From the NCBI GenBank assembly GCA_045606545.1, contig JAZUSD010000102.1:22663-86662 (forward strand): a stretch of DNA of 64,000 nucleotides, read 5' to 3'. The translations under genes and the position numbers were made by a program. The stretch is from Acutalibacteraceae bacterium (GTDB lineage: Bacteria; Bacillota; Clostridia; Oscillospirales; Acutalibacteraceae). Of this stretch, positions 1-10,595 are shown piece by piece (the first letter of the stretch is position 1; each line of letters starts with the position of its first letter). Below the pieces are notes generated by a model. That model saw only the letters and a list, made by a program, of their open reading frames with translations. It was not told where the DNA came from and searched no databases.

Positions 1-335
<335 letters not shown>

Positions 336-423
336 GTACAACTTTATTTTAATACCGATAGTGTCATTTGTAAAGTGTAGGAAAGTGAAAAATGTCGAAT
401 AAAAATTTGGTGATTATAACATA

Positions 424-1095
424 TTATAACATATATACACCGGATTCCAATTCAACAATTTCTCTATCATTTGTCTTGATGTATCTATACACAGGTTCAT
501 CAAAAGTTTTATAATCGGCAACTGTAAAATCCTTTAAATTAACTGTTCTGATTTTGCAGGATTGATAGTTACAGATGTAGAGCTTATTTTCATAAACACT
601 TATTGAAACAGGGTTCAAGAATGCGGTTGAAGAGTCACCGCCAATTCTTAAAACAATTTTTTCAGTAGTGGGGGAATAGCGGATTATACAGTTGTTTTCA
701 GGAACAACGCACCAGATATATTTACCCTCGGGTACAACACCGCTTATAGGACAACCTTTATACTGCAAATCACCGGTCCAGTATAGTTCACCTTTATCGT
801 TGAAAAGTCCTATTTCACCGCTTGTGTAAGCAATAGCAACGTGTTTATTGGGTAAAACTGCTGCATCGCAATAAATGAAATCACTTAACTGCTCTGCAAT
901 TTTTTCGTATTTTTCACCATATTTGTTAAGAAGATAAGCACCACGTGTACTTGCGGTTGGTCTTTCCAATTTAACATCATACGTAAAAAATGAAATTTTT
1001 GTTTTACCGCTGCTCAATGTGTCTTTTCTTGCAACGATAATGCCTTTTGAAAAAGGGACAATATCGGCAATGTCAATGTCCATTATCTTTTTCAT
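424..1095 (-). CDS. Hypothetical protein, beta-rich (possible beta-propeller/NHL-like repeats), last gene of the acn-icd-rex operon
   Basis: ORF track 424..1110. I prefer the ATG at 1095 (MKKIMDIDIAD...), which has GAGGA 6 nt upstream and lies 2 nt after the rex stop. There are no recognisable catalytic motifs. Repeated Y/W-G-hydrophobic segments suggest a beta-propeller. Confidence 0.6.
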   Translation of the reverse strand: MKKIMDIDIADIVPFSKGIIVARKDTLSSGKTKISFFTYDVKLERPTASTRGAYLLNKYGEKYEKIAEQLSDFIYCDAAVLPNKHVAIAYTSGEIGLFNDKGELYWTGDLQYKGCPISGVVPEGKYIWCVVPENNCIIRYSPTTEKIVLRIGGDSSTAFLNPVSISVYENKLYICNYQSCKIRTVNLKDFTVADYKTFDEPVYRYIKTNDREIVELESGVYML

Positions 1096-1097
1096 TG

Positions 1098-1751
1098 TTA
1101 TTCCTCGCAAGAACTGTCGATCTCTTTAACCTGATAACACAAGGTCATAAGTGAATCACCCAAATGAACATTCTCAACTGCAACATTTTCATATCTGTGA
1201 CCAAGGTCATATTGAGTAAAGTTCCAGAAACCCTTAATACCCAAGGAAACAAGTTTGTCAGCGTTTTCTGCAGCATACTCTGCAGGAATACAAAGGATTG
1301 CAACAACAGGCTTTTCCTTGATACAAAAATCCTCTAAATCATCAGAGCTTATAACAATTTTACCACCAATTTTTGTTCCTATAACAGCAGGATTGTTGTC
1401 AAAAATACCAACCAAATCAAATCCACGATTATCAAAATGAATATGCGTAGCAATAGCATGACCAAGATTACCCGCACCAATCATAATTGCTTTAGATTTT
1501 TTGTTTAAACCTAAAATTGTACCAATTTCATTATACAATTGTTCAATATTGTAACCATAGCCTTGTTGACCAAAACCACCAAAGCAGTTAAGGTCTTGTC
1601 TGATTTGGGATGCAGTAAGACCCATTCTTGCAGAAAGTTCTTTTGATGATATTCTTACAATACCCAAATTTTTCAATTCTTCAAGATATCTGTGGTAGCG
1701 GGGGAGACGCTTAATAACAGGTATTGAAACCTGATGGTTTGTTTCTTTCAT
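1098..1751 (-). CDS. rex: Redox-sensing transcriptional repressor Rex
   Basis: IPVIKRLPRYHRYLEEL...ISSKELSARMGLTASQIRQDLNCFGGFGQQGYGY winged-helix motif, followed by the Rossmann motif IGAGNLG. Confidence 0.9.
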   Translation of the reverse strand: MKETNHQVSIPVIKRLPRYHRYLEELKNLGIVRISSKELSARMGLTASQIRQDLNCFGGFGQQGYGYNIEQLYNEIGTILGLNKKSKAIMIGAGNLGHAIATHIHFDNRGFDLVGIFDNNPAVIGTKIGGKIVISSDDLEDFCIKEKPVVAILCIPAEYAAENADKLVSLGIKGFWNFTQYDLGHRYENVAVENVHLGDSLMTLCYQVKEIDSSCEE

Positions 1752-1769
1752 AATAAATATCCCTTAAAA

Positions 1770-2933
1770 TTAAAGTGTTTTTAATGTTTCCATTACATAA
1801 TTACCGAATTCTTCACAAGTGCAACCTGTGTCACGGCCGGTAATGATCATTTTCTTTTCTGTAATCATACAGATATCAAGAGCTTTTTCAAGCTTGTCAG
1901 CCTCTTCCTGATAACCAATATGGGAAAGAAGAAGAACAGATGCACGAAGCATTGAGCATGGGTCGGCATACTGACCGCGACCTTCTTTAACCATACGAGG
2001 AGCAGAACCGTGAATAGCTTCAAACATAGCGTATTGCTTACCGATATTTGCGCTACCTGCAGTACCAACACCGCCCTGGAATTCAGCGGCTTCATCTGTG
2101 ATAATATCACCATAGAGGTTGGGAAGAACGAACACCTTGAAATCTGTTCTGCGCTTTTTATCAACAAGCTTTGCAGTTGTGATATCAACATACCATTCAT
2201 CAGTGATAATGTCTGGATAGTCTTTTGCAACTTCTTTGCAAAGGTTAAGGAATTTACCATCGGTTGTTTTAATAATATTAGCCTTTGTGATGATAGAAAC
2301 TCTCTCTTTTTTATTGTTTCTTGCATATTCATAAGCAAGCTTAGCAATTCTCTCTGTGCCTTCAGTTGTTGTTACAACAAAGTCAAATGCCAATTCACCA
2401 TCAACATCAACTCCCTTTGAGCCAACTGCATAAGCACCTTCTGTATTTTCACGGAAGAAGGTCCAGTCAATGTTCTCTTCAGGAATTTTAACAGGACGAA
2501 CGTTTGCAAAAAGATCAAGTGCTTTTCTCATTGCAACGTTTGCACTTTCAATATTAGGGTATCCGTCACCCTGTTGGGGAGTTGTTGTTGGTCCTTTAAG
2601 AATAACGTCACAAGCTTTAAGCTCTTCCATAACGTCATCGGGAATTGCTTTCATAACCTTTGCACGATTTTCAATAGTAAGACCATCAATATATTTGAAA
2701 ACGATTTTTCCGCTTTCAACATCATCCTTAAGAATGAATTTAAGAACTTCTGCAGACTCCTTTGTGATAATCGGACCAATACCGTCACCACCGCAAACAC
2801 CGATAACTATTTTATCAAGTGATTTGAAATCCTTGAAATCTTTTGTAGCTTTGATTTTTTGATTTCTTTCATCCTGCTCTATAAGAAGCTGTTTGAATTT
2901 CTGGAGAGCATTTTCAATCTGTATTTCGTTCAT
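1770..2933 (-). CDS. icd: Isocitrate dehydrogenase (isocitrate/isopropylmalate dehydrogenase family)
   Basis: 387 aa with family motifs (GDGIGPEI-like GGDGIGPII, NLYGDIITDEAA, GSAPR). The ATG overlaps the aconitase stop (TAATG), and citrate synthase is present elsewhere in the window. Confidence 0.8.
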   Translation of the reverse strand: MNEIQIENALQKFKQLLIEQDERNQKIKATKDFKDFKSLDKIVIGVCGGDGIGPIITKESAEVLKFILKDDVESGKIVFKYIDGLTIENRAKVMKAIPDDVMEELKACDVILKGPTTTPQQGDGYPNIESANVAMRKALDLFANVRPVKIPEENIDWTFFRENTEGAYAVGSKGVDVDGELAFDFVVTTTEGTERIAKLAYEYARNNKKERVSIITKANIIKTTDGKFLNLCKEVAKDYPDIITDEWYVDITTAKLVDKKRRTDFKVFVLPNLYGDIITDEAAEFQGGVGTAGSANIGKQYAMFEAIHGSAPRMVKEGRGQYADPCSMLRASVLLLSHIGYQEEADKLEKALDICMITEKKMIITGRDTGCTCEEFGNYVMETLKTL

Positions 2934-4870
2934 TATTTATTTTCCTCCTTAGTGTAATCTAATAAGCCACCTGCACAAAGAATGTCAATCTTTCTTTCGG
3001 AAACATCGCAAATAAGCTTATATTCTTCATTTTTTGTAATGTTTTTTAAGGTGATTTCCTTTCCTGCTCTAAGCTCTGCTTTGATTTCAGGGAGAACGAG
3101 TTCATCGCCAACTGAAATTTTATCATAATCATCAGCATTAACAAAGTTAAGAGGAAGAATACTTGCATTAACAAGGTTTGCTTTATGAATACGAGCAAAG
3201 GATTTTGTGATAACTGCTTTAACACCAAGGTAAAGAGGAACAAGAGCTGCATGCTCTCTTGATGAACCCTGACCATAGTTATTACCACCGATAATAATTC
3301 CTGAACCTGCTTCTTTACAATGTTCTGCAAAATTTTCATCGCATTGACGGAAACAGAATTGTGAAAGATAAGGAATATTTGAACGGTAGGGGAGAATTTT
3401 TGCACCTGCAGGCATAATGTGGTCGGTTGTAATATTATCTTCAACCTTAAGAACAGCTTTAGCAGAAATTGAATCTGCGAGAGTTGTTGTTTTGGGGAAG
3501 GGTTTTATATTAGGACCATAGTAAACTTCAACCTCTGCAGCTTCTTCTTTAGTTTCTGCGGGCATTTCAATCATATTATCGTTAATGATGAATGACTTGG
3601 GTAAAGTAACAGTAATATCGTCTTTTAAAGTTGTTGGGTCTGTGAAAACGCCTGTAATTGCAGATGCTGCTGCAGTTTCAGGGCTTACAAGATATACTTT
3701 TCCATCTGCAGTACCGCTTCTGCCTTCAAAGTTTCTGTTGAATGTACGAAGAGAAACACCTGAAGAGCAGGGTGACTGACCCATACCGATACAAGGACCG
3801 CAAGCACTTTCAAGAATACGGGCACCTGCATCAATCATATCTGCAAGAGCACCATTGAGAGCAAGCATATTAAGAACCTGCTTTGAACCGGGTGCAATAC
3901 CGAGAGAAACAGAAGGATGAACCTTTTTGCCCTTAAGAATTTTTGCAACCTTCATCATATCGAGAAGAGATGAGTTGGTACAGGAACCTATAAGAACCTG
4001 GTCAACTTTGATATTACCGATTTCTTCAACTGATTTAACGTTATCAGGCATATGAGGCATTGCCGCAAGAGGTTTAAGAGTGCATAAATCAATATCAATA
4101 ACTCTTGAATACTCTGCATCTTCATCAGGAAGAAGCTCAACCCAATCCTGTTCTCTGCTCTGCGCTTTCATAAAATCATAAGTGATTTCGTCCGAGGGGA
4201 AAATAGAGGTTGTAGCACCAAGCTCAGCGCCCATATTAGTGATTGTTGCTCTTTCAGGTACAGAAAGTGTTTTTACACCTTCACCGCCGTATTCAACAAC
4301 CTTACCAACGCCACCTTTAACGCTGAGGATTCTTAAAACTTCAAGAATAATATCTTTAGCAGCAACATAGGGGGAGAGCTTACCAGTGAGGTTAACCTTG
4401 ATAACTTCGGGAACGGTTATGTAATATGCACCGCCACCCATTGCAACTGCAACATCAAGACCACCTGCACCCATAGCTAGCATACCAAGACCGCCACCTG
4501 TGGGAGTGTGGCTATCGGAACCAATAAGAGTTTTGCCGGGAATACCGAATCTTTCGAGATGAACCTGATGGCAAATACCATTACCCGGACGAGAAAAACG
4601 AACACCACGTTTTTTACAAACACTCTGAATAAATTTGTGGTCATCTGCATTTTCAAAACCTGTCTGTAAGGTGTTGTGGTCAATATAAGCAACAGATAAC
4701 TCTGTCTTAACTCTGTCAATGTCCATTGCTTCAAGCTCAAGATATGCCATTGTACCTGTAGCATCCTGAGTAAGCGTCTGGTCGATTCTGATACCCACCT
4801 CATTGCCTGGTGCGTATTCACCATCAACAAGGTGGTTTTTAATAATTTTTTCACATAAAGTGAGACCCAT
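2933..4870 (-). CDS. acnA: Aconitate hydratase (about 640-aa clostridial type)
   Basis: 645 aa with the aconitase Fe-S ligand regions (GSDSHT, IGSCTNS, CGPCIG) and a swivel domain. GGAGG lies 8 nt upstream of the ATG. Confidence 0.9.
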   Translation of the reverse strand: MGLTLCEKIIKNHLVDGEYAPGNEVGIRIDQTLTQDATGTMAYLELEAMDIDRVKTELSVAYIDHNTLQTGFENADDHKFIQSVCKKRGVRFSRPGNGICHQVHLERFGIPGKTLIGSDSHTPTGGGLGMLAMGAGGLDVAVAMGGGAYYITVPEVIKVNLTGKLSPYVAAKDIILEVLRILSVKGGVGKVVEYGGEGVKTLSVPERATITNMGAELGATTSIFPSDEITYDFMKAQSREQDWVELLPDEDAEYSRVIDIDLCTLKPLAAMPHMPDNVKSVEEIGNIKVDQVLIGSCTNSSLLDMMKVAKILKGKKVHPSVSLGIAPGSKQVLNMLALNGALADMIDAGARILESACGPCIGMGQSPCSSGVSLRTFNRNFEGRSGTADGKVYLVSPETAAASAITGVFTDPTTLKDDITVTLPKSFIINDNMIEMPAETKEEAAEVEVYYGPNIKPFPKTTTLADSISAKAVLKVEDNITTDHIMPAGAKILPYRSNIPYLSQFCFRQCDENFAEHCKEAGSGIIIGGNNYGQGSSREHAALVPLYLGVKAVITKSFARIHKANLVNASILPLNFVNADDYDKISVGDELVLPEIKAELRAGKEITLKNITKNEEYKLICDVSERKIDILCAGGLLDYTKEENK

Positions 4871-4914
4871 AGTCTAAACCTCCGAATAACTTGTTTATAT
4901 TTTTAACAAAGTTA

Positions 4915-4942
4915 TTCTAATATTTTTTCAAGTCTTTGTCAA
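4915..4942 (-). promoter_or_regulatory. Sigma-A-type promoter of the acn-icd-rex operon
   Basis: Minus strand reads TTGACA (4942..4937), a 16-nt spacer, then TAGAAT (4920..4915). Confidence 0.5.
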
Positions 4943-4953
4943 TAAATTAACAG
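4936..4953. promoter_or_regulatory. Candidate Rex operator overlapping the -35 element
   Basis: TTGTCAATAAATTAACAG compared with the clostridial Rex box TTGTTAAnnnnTTAACAA. A second, 19-nt palindrome, TTGTTTATATTTTTAACAA, lies at 4892..4910 in the 5' UTR. Confidence 0.4.
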
Positions 4954-5085
4954 AAATAATAATTAATATATACTATAAATATATCTCGACAAATCTTGCA
5001 CTTTTTTGTTTATTGTGCTATTATTATTTAGTTGTAGTGGGTTTTAGTGCTTTTTCAGGTTATACTAAGATTCGGTGATTGAATT

Positions 5086-5814
5086 ATGTATAACAAGCTT
5101 TATCAATATTTTGCTTTTACAACTCCAAATCCGAGTGAAGAGGAAAATAACGAAAATTTTGAAACGGAATCCATTACTGAAAATACCGATGATGAAAATG
5201 ATGGTAGTGTAACCATCTGCCGTAACGGTAAATACATTCATTGCTTAACTGTTATCGGGCAGATTGAAGGGCATTACAATCTGCCTCAGAACACTAAAGT
5301 TACTAAATATGAGCATATCATACCGCGTCTTGTTGCAGTTGAGGAGAACGATGATGTTTCGGGTTTGCTTCTTATTTTAAACACAGTTGGGGGCGACATT
5401 GAAGCAGGACTTGCTATCGCTGAGCTTGTTGCAAGTATGAGTAAACCAACAGTATCACTTGTTCTTGGTGGTAGTCATTCAATCGGAATACCATTAGCAG
5501 TAAGTGCTAATCATTCTTTTATTGTACCAACAGCTTCAATGACAGTTCATCCCGTAAGAATGAACGGACTTATTATCGGTGTTCCTCAGTCACTTTTATA
5601 TTTAAAGAAAATGGAAGAACGAGTTATAGAATTTGTAACCCGAAATTCTGAAATAAGCGAAAAGCGATTTAAAGAGCTTATGCTTAATAACAACCAGCTT
5701 GTTACTGATTTCGGCACTGTTTTAAGTGGTTCTGAAGCGGTTGAGGAAAACTTAATTGATGAAATCGGAGGGCTTTCTGATGCCCTCGCATATATTGATA
5801 AGCTATGCAGTTAA
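5086..5814 (+). CDS. ClpP-fold serine protease family protein (TepA / SDH-family Clp-fold proteinase-like)
   Basis: [21 protein letters not shown] and GGSHSIG motifs of the ClpP/crotonase fold, plus an acidic N-terminal extension. Confidence 0.7.
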   Translation: MYNKLYQYFAFTTPNPSEEENNENFETESITENTDDENDGSVTICRNGKYIHCLTVIGQIEGHYNLPQNTKVTKYEHIIPRLVAVEENDDVSGLLLILNTVGGDIEAGLAIAELVASMSKPTVSLVLGGSHSIGIPLAVSANHSFIVPTASMTVHPVRMNGLIIGVPQSLLYLKKMEERVIEFVTRNSEISEKRFKELMLNNNQLVTDFGTVLSGSEAVEENLIDEIGGLSDALAYIDKLCS

Positions 5815-5824
5815 CGGAGGATTT

Positions 5825-6694
5825 ATGGAAATTCTAAAAGCTTTGCTTCTTGGTATTATTCAGGGAATTACTGAATTTTTACCAATTTCAAGCAGCGGTC
5901 ATTTATCTTTATTCAGGCAATTGTTTAATGTTGAAACAGACACTGCAGGATTGTTTTCTGCAATGTTACATATTGGCACATTGGTTGCAATTCTTTTAAT
6001 GTTTTACAGACCTATTTATGATTTGTTTGAAGAATTTATTTTGTGTATAAAGGATATTTTTGCAGGCAAGTTTACTTTTAATTTAAAGAAAATGTCTGCA
6101 ACAAGAAGAATGCTCTTTATGTTTGTAATTTCCTGCCTACCGCTTCTTCTTTTGCTTATACCTACCGGCAAAGAAACTAACCTGATGGATAGTGTTTCAG
6201 TTTTCTCAAGTGATAATAGCCTTCTTGCAGAGGGTATCTGCTTTATGACAACAGGATTTTTACTGATACTTGGTACTACATTAAATGCCAATTTCAAAAC
6301 GAAGAAAAATATAACACCTATTACTGCTTTATTAATTGGTATAGCTCAGTTTTTTGCAGCTTGTTTCCCGGGTATATCTCGTTCCGGTTCAACAATTTCA
6401 GCAGGGCTTTGTTGCGGTGTTTCAAAAAAGAATATGATAAGATATTCTTTTATTCTCTGCATACCCGCGGTACTTGCAAGTGGGCTTGTTGAGTTTAAGG
6501 ATGCTATGGAAACAGATGTTATAGTTCCTGTTTTCCCATTGATTATTGGTGTTACAGCATCTGCAGTTGTTGGGGTTTTCGCAATTAAGCTACTACAAAT
6601 ATTAATGAAAAAAGATTTATTTAAATATTTTGGATTTTACTGCCTTGCACTTGGTTTTATTACAACAATAATCAGTGCAATAGGGAAAATATAA
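5825..6694 (+). CDS. uppP: Undecaprenyl-diphosphate phosphatase
   Basis: MEILKALLLGIIQGITEFLPISSSGHL and PGISRSGSTI motifs. The ATG at 5825 is preferred over the track start at 5756, which would overlap the upstream gene. Confidence 0.85.
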   Translation: MEILKALLLGIIQGITEFLPISSSGHLSLFRQLFNVETDTAGLFSAMLHIGTLVAILLMFYRPIYDLFEEFILCIKDIFAGKFTFNLKKMSATRRMLFMFVISCLPLLLLLIPTGKETNLMDSVSVFSSDNSLLAEGICFMTTGFLLILGTTLNANFKTKKNITPITALLIGIAQFFAACFPGISRSGSTISAGLCCGVSKKNMIRYSFILCIPAVLASGLVEFKDAMETDVIVPVFPLIIGVTASAVVGVFAIKLLQILMKKDLFKYFGFYCLALGFITTIISAIGKI

Positions 6695-6706
6695 GGAGGA
6701 GTTATT

Positions 6707-9373
6707 GTGGCACAGACTAAAAAGACAAATAATTCAAATAAAAAGAAGCCTAACACAACTAATAAAAAGAATAACACTAAAAAAGCCGCTAAAAACTCAC
6801 TTTTTAATACACAGCATAAGCAGATTGCATCATTAATCGGTTGCTTTTTTGCTTTGTTTATGGGAGCTGTTGTTTTTATTGATGCCGGTAGCCTTTGGGG
6901 TATGCTTCGTAACCTGTTTTTTGGCTTATTTGGTTTAACTGCTTTTATATTACCAATTTTTATTCTCTTTGTTTCAATTGTTTCCGCCATAGGTAAGGAT
7001 ACACGTAAATATAAATTTAAAGTTGCAGAAAGCTTTATAATTTTTATTTTAATTGTTGCATTTTTGCATATTGTAAATTCTAAACCCGAGCTTACATACG
7101 GTGAGCAGATTTCCGCGGCATATAATGTTTTCAAAGAGTTTGATGGTACAGGTATGCACTACGGATACGGTGTTTTCGGTGCTTTAATTGGCGGCCTACC
7201 TTTATTAATGACTGCAGGTAATAAGCTTGCAGCAGGTATTGTCGTTATTCTGATTCTTTTAGCCCTCCTTATGCTTTTTACAGGCACAACAGTTTTGAAG
7301 CTCATATCTTCCTTGAAAAAACCTGCAGAAGTTGCAGCAGAGTATGCGGAAGAAAAAATGGAGAATTTCAAAGAGACTTATGAAATTGTCAGTGAAGATG
7401 TTCACGAGAGAAGAGCCCGTAACGCAGCAAAGCGTAGAAAAGAAAGTAAGCATCAGATTGAACTTGATGTTCCAATTGATGATGAAATTCCTGCTGATAA
7501 AGGCATAGAACCCATTCTTGACACTACTCCTGCACCTGTTGAGGAAGAAATCGAGCTTTTAGGTAGCTTTGAAGAAGAGCCTCCGATGGATGTTCAGTCA
7601 CTTGATGAATTATTCAGCAGTAAAACCGTTGCAGAAACTCATTTTGAAGAAGTAGTTGAAGCTTTTGAAGAAGAAACACAGGCTGAGCCTATTGTTGAAG
7701 AAACGATTAAAGAAGAGACTGAAATAACTGAAAATGTTATTGAAAATATTTCTGTTCCTGAGGTAGTTTATGAATTGCCACCTCTTGATTGCTTGGATAA
7801 ACCAAAGCTTAACAGTAACACTGGTAGTGCTGATGAATTACGCCAAAGAGGGGAGACAATTGTTAAAACTCTTAAAAGCTTCGGTGTTGGTACAAGAATT
7901 GTTGATATATGCCAAAGCCCATCTGTTACAAGATTTGAACTTCAACCTGATCCCGGTGTTAAAATCAGTAAAATTACCGCTCTTGCAGACGATATTGCAA
8001 TGAACCTTGCTGCATACGGTGTAAGAATCGAAGCACCCATACCTAATAAAAACGCTGTTGGTATCGAAGTACCAAATGCAGAAAAAGCAATGGTCACACT
8101 TCGTGAAATTCTTGAAAGCACATCTTTTCAAAATTCAAAATCCAAGCTTAATGTTGCCCTTGGCAGAGATATTCAGGGTGAAGCAACCTGTGCTGACCTT
8201 GCTAAAATGCCCCACCTGCTTGTTGCGGGTACAACCGGTTCAGGTAAATCCGTTTGTCTTAACACAATGATTGTCAGTCTTCTTTATAACGCAAAACCCG
8301 ATGAGGTTAAGCTCATAATGATTGACCCGAAAAAGGTTGAATTTACAGTTTATCGCTCAATTCCGCATCTTCTTGTACCCGTTGTTGCAGACCCGAGAAA
8401 AGCCGCAGGTGCTCTTTCTTGGGCAGTTGCAGAAATGGATAAAAGATATGCTTTATTTGCTGATAATGGCGTAAGAAACCTTCAGGGCTATAACAACTAT
8501 GCCTTAGCTGAAGGGCTTCCCAAAATGCCTCAGATTGTTATTATTATCGACGAGTTGTCAGATTTGATGATGGCTGCATCCAACGAAGTTGAAGATTCAA
8601 TCTGCCGTTTGGCTCAGAAAGCCCGTGCAGCAGGTATGCACCTTATTGTTGCAACTCAGAGACCATCAGTTGATGTTATTACAGGTCTTATTAAAGCAAA
8701 TATCCCAAGCCGAATTGCATTTGCGGTTAAATCGCAGATTGACTCAAGAACTATTATTGATACACAGGGTGCAGAGAAGCTTCTCGGTAACGGTGATATG
8801 CTTTATTGTCCTGTTGGACTTTCAAAGCCTGTTCGTGTTCAGGGTTCTTATGTTTCTGATGAAGAAATTGAAAGGGTTATTGACTTTGTAACTTCTCAAG
8901 GCGAAGTTAAATACGATGATGCAGTTATGCAGGAAATTGAGCTTAAAGCTGCTCAGGACGGTAAAAAGAAATCAGGCTCCGCACTTGATACGGATAGTAT
9001 GAGTTCAGGTGGGGATTATGATGACGAAATGTTCCCCAAAGCTGTTGAGGTAGTTGTTGAGGCAGGTATGGCATCAACAACACTTCTCCAGAGAAAGCTA
9101 AAGCTCGGTTATGCAAGAGCAGCCCGTATTGTTGATGAGTTAGCAGAAAAGGGTATTATAGGACCATTTGAAGGCAGTAAACCCAGAAAAGTTCTTATTA
9201 CAAAAGAACAATGGTATCAGATGCAGGCAAATTCTTCTGTTTCTGTTCCAAAACAGCTTTCTGTTGATGATATCGAAGTTGCACCCGCACCTCAGGAAGA
9301 AATCAAGCAAACTGACGAGCCTAATTATTTTGGTTCTGCTGTTAATAATTCTAATTATGATGTTGAGGAATAA
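6707..9373 (+). CDS. ftsK: DNA translocase FtsK/SpoIIIE
   Basis: N-terminal TM segments, an acidic linker, a Walker A motif (GTTGSGKS), IIIDELSDLMM, QRPS and a C-terminal gamma winged helix (LLQRKLKLGYARAARIVDELAEKGIIGP). Confidence 0.92.
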   Translation: MAQTKKTNNSNKKKPNTTNKKNNTKKAAKNSLFNTQHKQIASLIGCFFALFMGAVVFIDAGSLWGMLRNLFFGLFGLTAFILPIFILFVSIVSAIGKDTRKYKFKVAESFIIFILIVAFLHIVNSKPELTYGEQISAAYNVFKEFDGTGMHYGYGVFGALIGGLPLLMTAGNKLAAGIVVILILLALLMLFTGTTVLKLISSLKKPAEVAAEYAEEKMENFKETYEIVSEDVHERRARNAAKRRKESKHQIELDVPIDDEIPADKGIEPILDTTPAPVEEEIELLGSFEEEPPMDVQSLDELFSSKTVAETHFEEVVEAFEEETQAEPIVEETIKEETEITENVIENISVPEVVYELPPLDCLDKPKLNSNTGSADELRQRGETIVKTLKSFGVGTRIVDICQSPSVTRFELQPDPGVKISKITALADDIAMNLAAYGVRIEAPIPNKNAVGIEVPNAEKAMVTLREILESTSFQNSKSKLNVALGRDIQGEATCADLAKMPHLLVAGTTGSGKSVCLNTMIVSLLYNAKPDEVKLIMIDPKKVEFTVYRSIPHLLVPVVADPRKAAGALSWAVAEMDKRYALFADNGVRNLQGYNNYALAEGLPKMPQIVIIIDELSDLMMAASNEVEDSICRLAQKARAAGMHLIVATQRPSVDVITGLIKANIPSRIAFAVKSQIDSRTIIDTQGAEKLLGNGDMLYCPVGLSKPVRVQGSYVSDEEIERVIDFVTSQGEVKYDDAVMQEIELKAAQDGKKKSGSALDTDSMSSGGDYDDEMFPKAVEVVVEAGMASTTLLQRKLKLGYARAARIVDELAEKGIIGPFEGSKPRKVLITKEQWYQMQANSSVSVPKQLSVDDIEVAPAPQEEIKQTDEPNYFGSAVNNSNYDVEE

Positions 9374-9618
9374 TGATGGATATTTTTGTTGAATACCTTG
9401 ACGGTGACTATGCAGTTTGCCGTTTGCCGGATAAGATTGGAAACCTTATACGAGTTCCCTTGAAGGAACTTCCTGAAGGAACTGCGCCGCTGAAGGTTAT
9501 TTCTATGCGAGATAACGGCAGTTTTGTTCTCAATGAATATGCCAGAGAAACCCGTATGAAGCGTATAACACAATATATGCGGTATAAAAAGTACTCTTAC
9601 AACTTGAATTCACGATAA
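9373..9618 (+). CDS. Small DUF3006-like protein
   Basis: 81 aa. The ATG overlaps the ftsK stop (TAATG). The pattern (VE..DGDYAVC ... E.L.EG) is remembered from DUF3006 proteins. Confidence 0.55.
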   Translation: MMDIFVEYLDGDYAVCRLPDKIGNLIRVPLKELPEGTAPLKVISMRDNGSFVLNEYARETRMKRITQYMRYKKYSYNLNSR

Positions 9619-9655
9619 AAAGTGAGAAATTCAGGAAATAATTAATAAAAAAGTA

Positions 9656-9684
9656 TTGCATTTTTTGTAAAAGGGTGATATACT
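9656..9684 (+). promoter_or_regulatory. Sigma-A-type promoter of rpsB-tsf
   Basis: TTGCAT (9656..9661), a 17-nt spacer, then TATACT (9679..9684). This leaves a GC-richer leader of about 105 nt. Confidence 0.5.
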
Positions 9685-9795
9685 TTTTCAGTCAAAAACT
9701 CACGCAGGGTAGATTGTGTGTGCCGTGTGCATCAGATGATGTGGTGCGTATGAGTCGAAACCTTGCGGCGGTTTAACAAAAAGGAGGACAAAAAT

Positions 9796-10533
9796 ATGTC
9801 AGTAGTTTCAATGAAACAATTACTCGAAGCAGGTGTTCATTTCGGACACCAAACAAGAAGATGGAACCCCAAAATGGCTCAGTACATCTTTACTGAAAGA
9901 AATGGTATTTATATCATCGACCTTCAGAAAACTGTAAAGAAGCTTGAAGAGGCTTACACCTTCATCAACCAGATCGCTCAGGATGGCGGCGAAGTTCTTT
10001 TTGTAGGTACAAAGAAACAGGCTCAGGATTCCATCAAGGAAGAAGCAGAACGTTGCGGTATGTCATTCGTTAATGCTCGTTGGCTTGGCGGTATGCTTAC
10101 AAACTTCAACACAATCCAGAGAAGAATTAAAAGACTTGCTCAGCTTAACGCTATGGAAGCTGACGGTACTTTCGAGCTTCTTCCCAAAAAAGAAGTTATC
10201 AAACTCAATCTCGAAAGAGAAAAGCTTGAAAAATTCATGGGTGGCATTACAGAGATGAAGAAAATGCCCGCAGCAATGTTTATTGTTGACCCCAGAAAAG
10301 AAAGAATTGCAGTTCTCGAAGCAAAGAAACTCGGTATTCCGATCGTTGCTATCGTTGATACAAACTGTGATCCTGATGAAATCGACTATGTAATTCCCGG
10401 TAACGATGATGCTATCCGCGCTGTTAAGCTTATTGCAGGCGCAATGGCAGACGCTATTATTGCAGGTCGTCAGGGCGAGCAGACTGTTGCAGCAGAAGAA
10501 GTAGCTGAAGAAGCTGTTGAAGCTGCTGAATAA
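9796..10533 (+). CDS. rpsB: 30S ribosomal protein S2
   Basis: [34 protein letters not shown] lies 8 nt upstream of the ATG at 9796. Confidence 0.95.
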   Translation: MSVVSMKQLLEAGVHFGHQTRRWNPKMAQYIFTERNGIYIIDLQKTVKKLEEAYTFINQIAQDGGEVLFVGTKKQAQDSIKEEAERCGMSFVNARWLGGMLTNFNTIQRRIKRLAQLNAMEADGTFELLPKKEVIKLNLEREKLEKFMGGITEMKKMPAAMFIVDPRKERIAVLEAKKLGIPIVAIVDTNCDPDEIDYVIPGNDDAIRAVKLIAGAMADAIIAGRQGEQTVAAEEVAEEAVEAAE

Positions 10534-10595
10534 GTGGTAAATTAATAGGCGGAATTTATTTCCGCCTTATAAACTTTATAAAGGAGGAAACACCT

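Noticed and set aside
5756-5824. Longer uppP start (track ORF 5756..6694) overlapping the upstream ClpP-fold gene
   Set aside because: The extension has no RBS, and the conserved UppP N-terminus begins at the ATG at 5825 (MEILKALLLGIIQGITEFLPISSSGH).
6637-7134. Minus-strand ORF of 165 aa overlapping the uppP end and the ftsK start
   Set aside because: It is antisense to two well-supported genes and has no RBS. The same applies to the other internal antisense ORFs in the track, for example 13153..13674, 1865..2347, 3046..3444, 17367..17696, 48789..49100 and 60752..61303.
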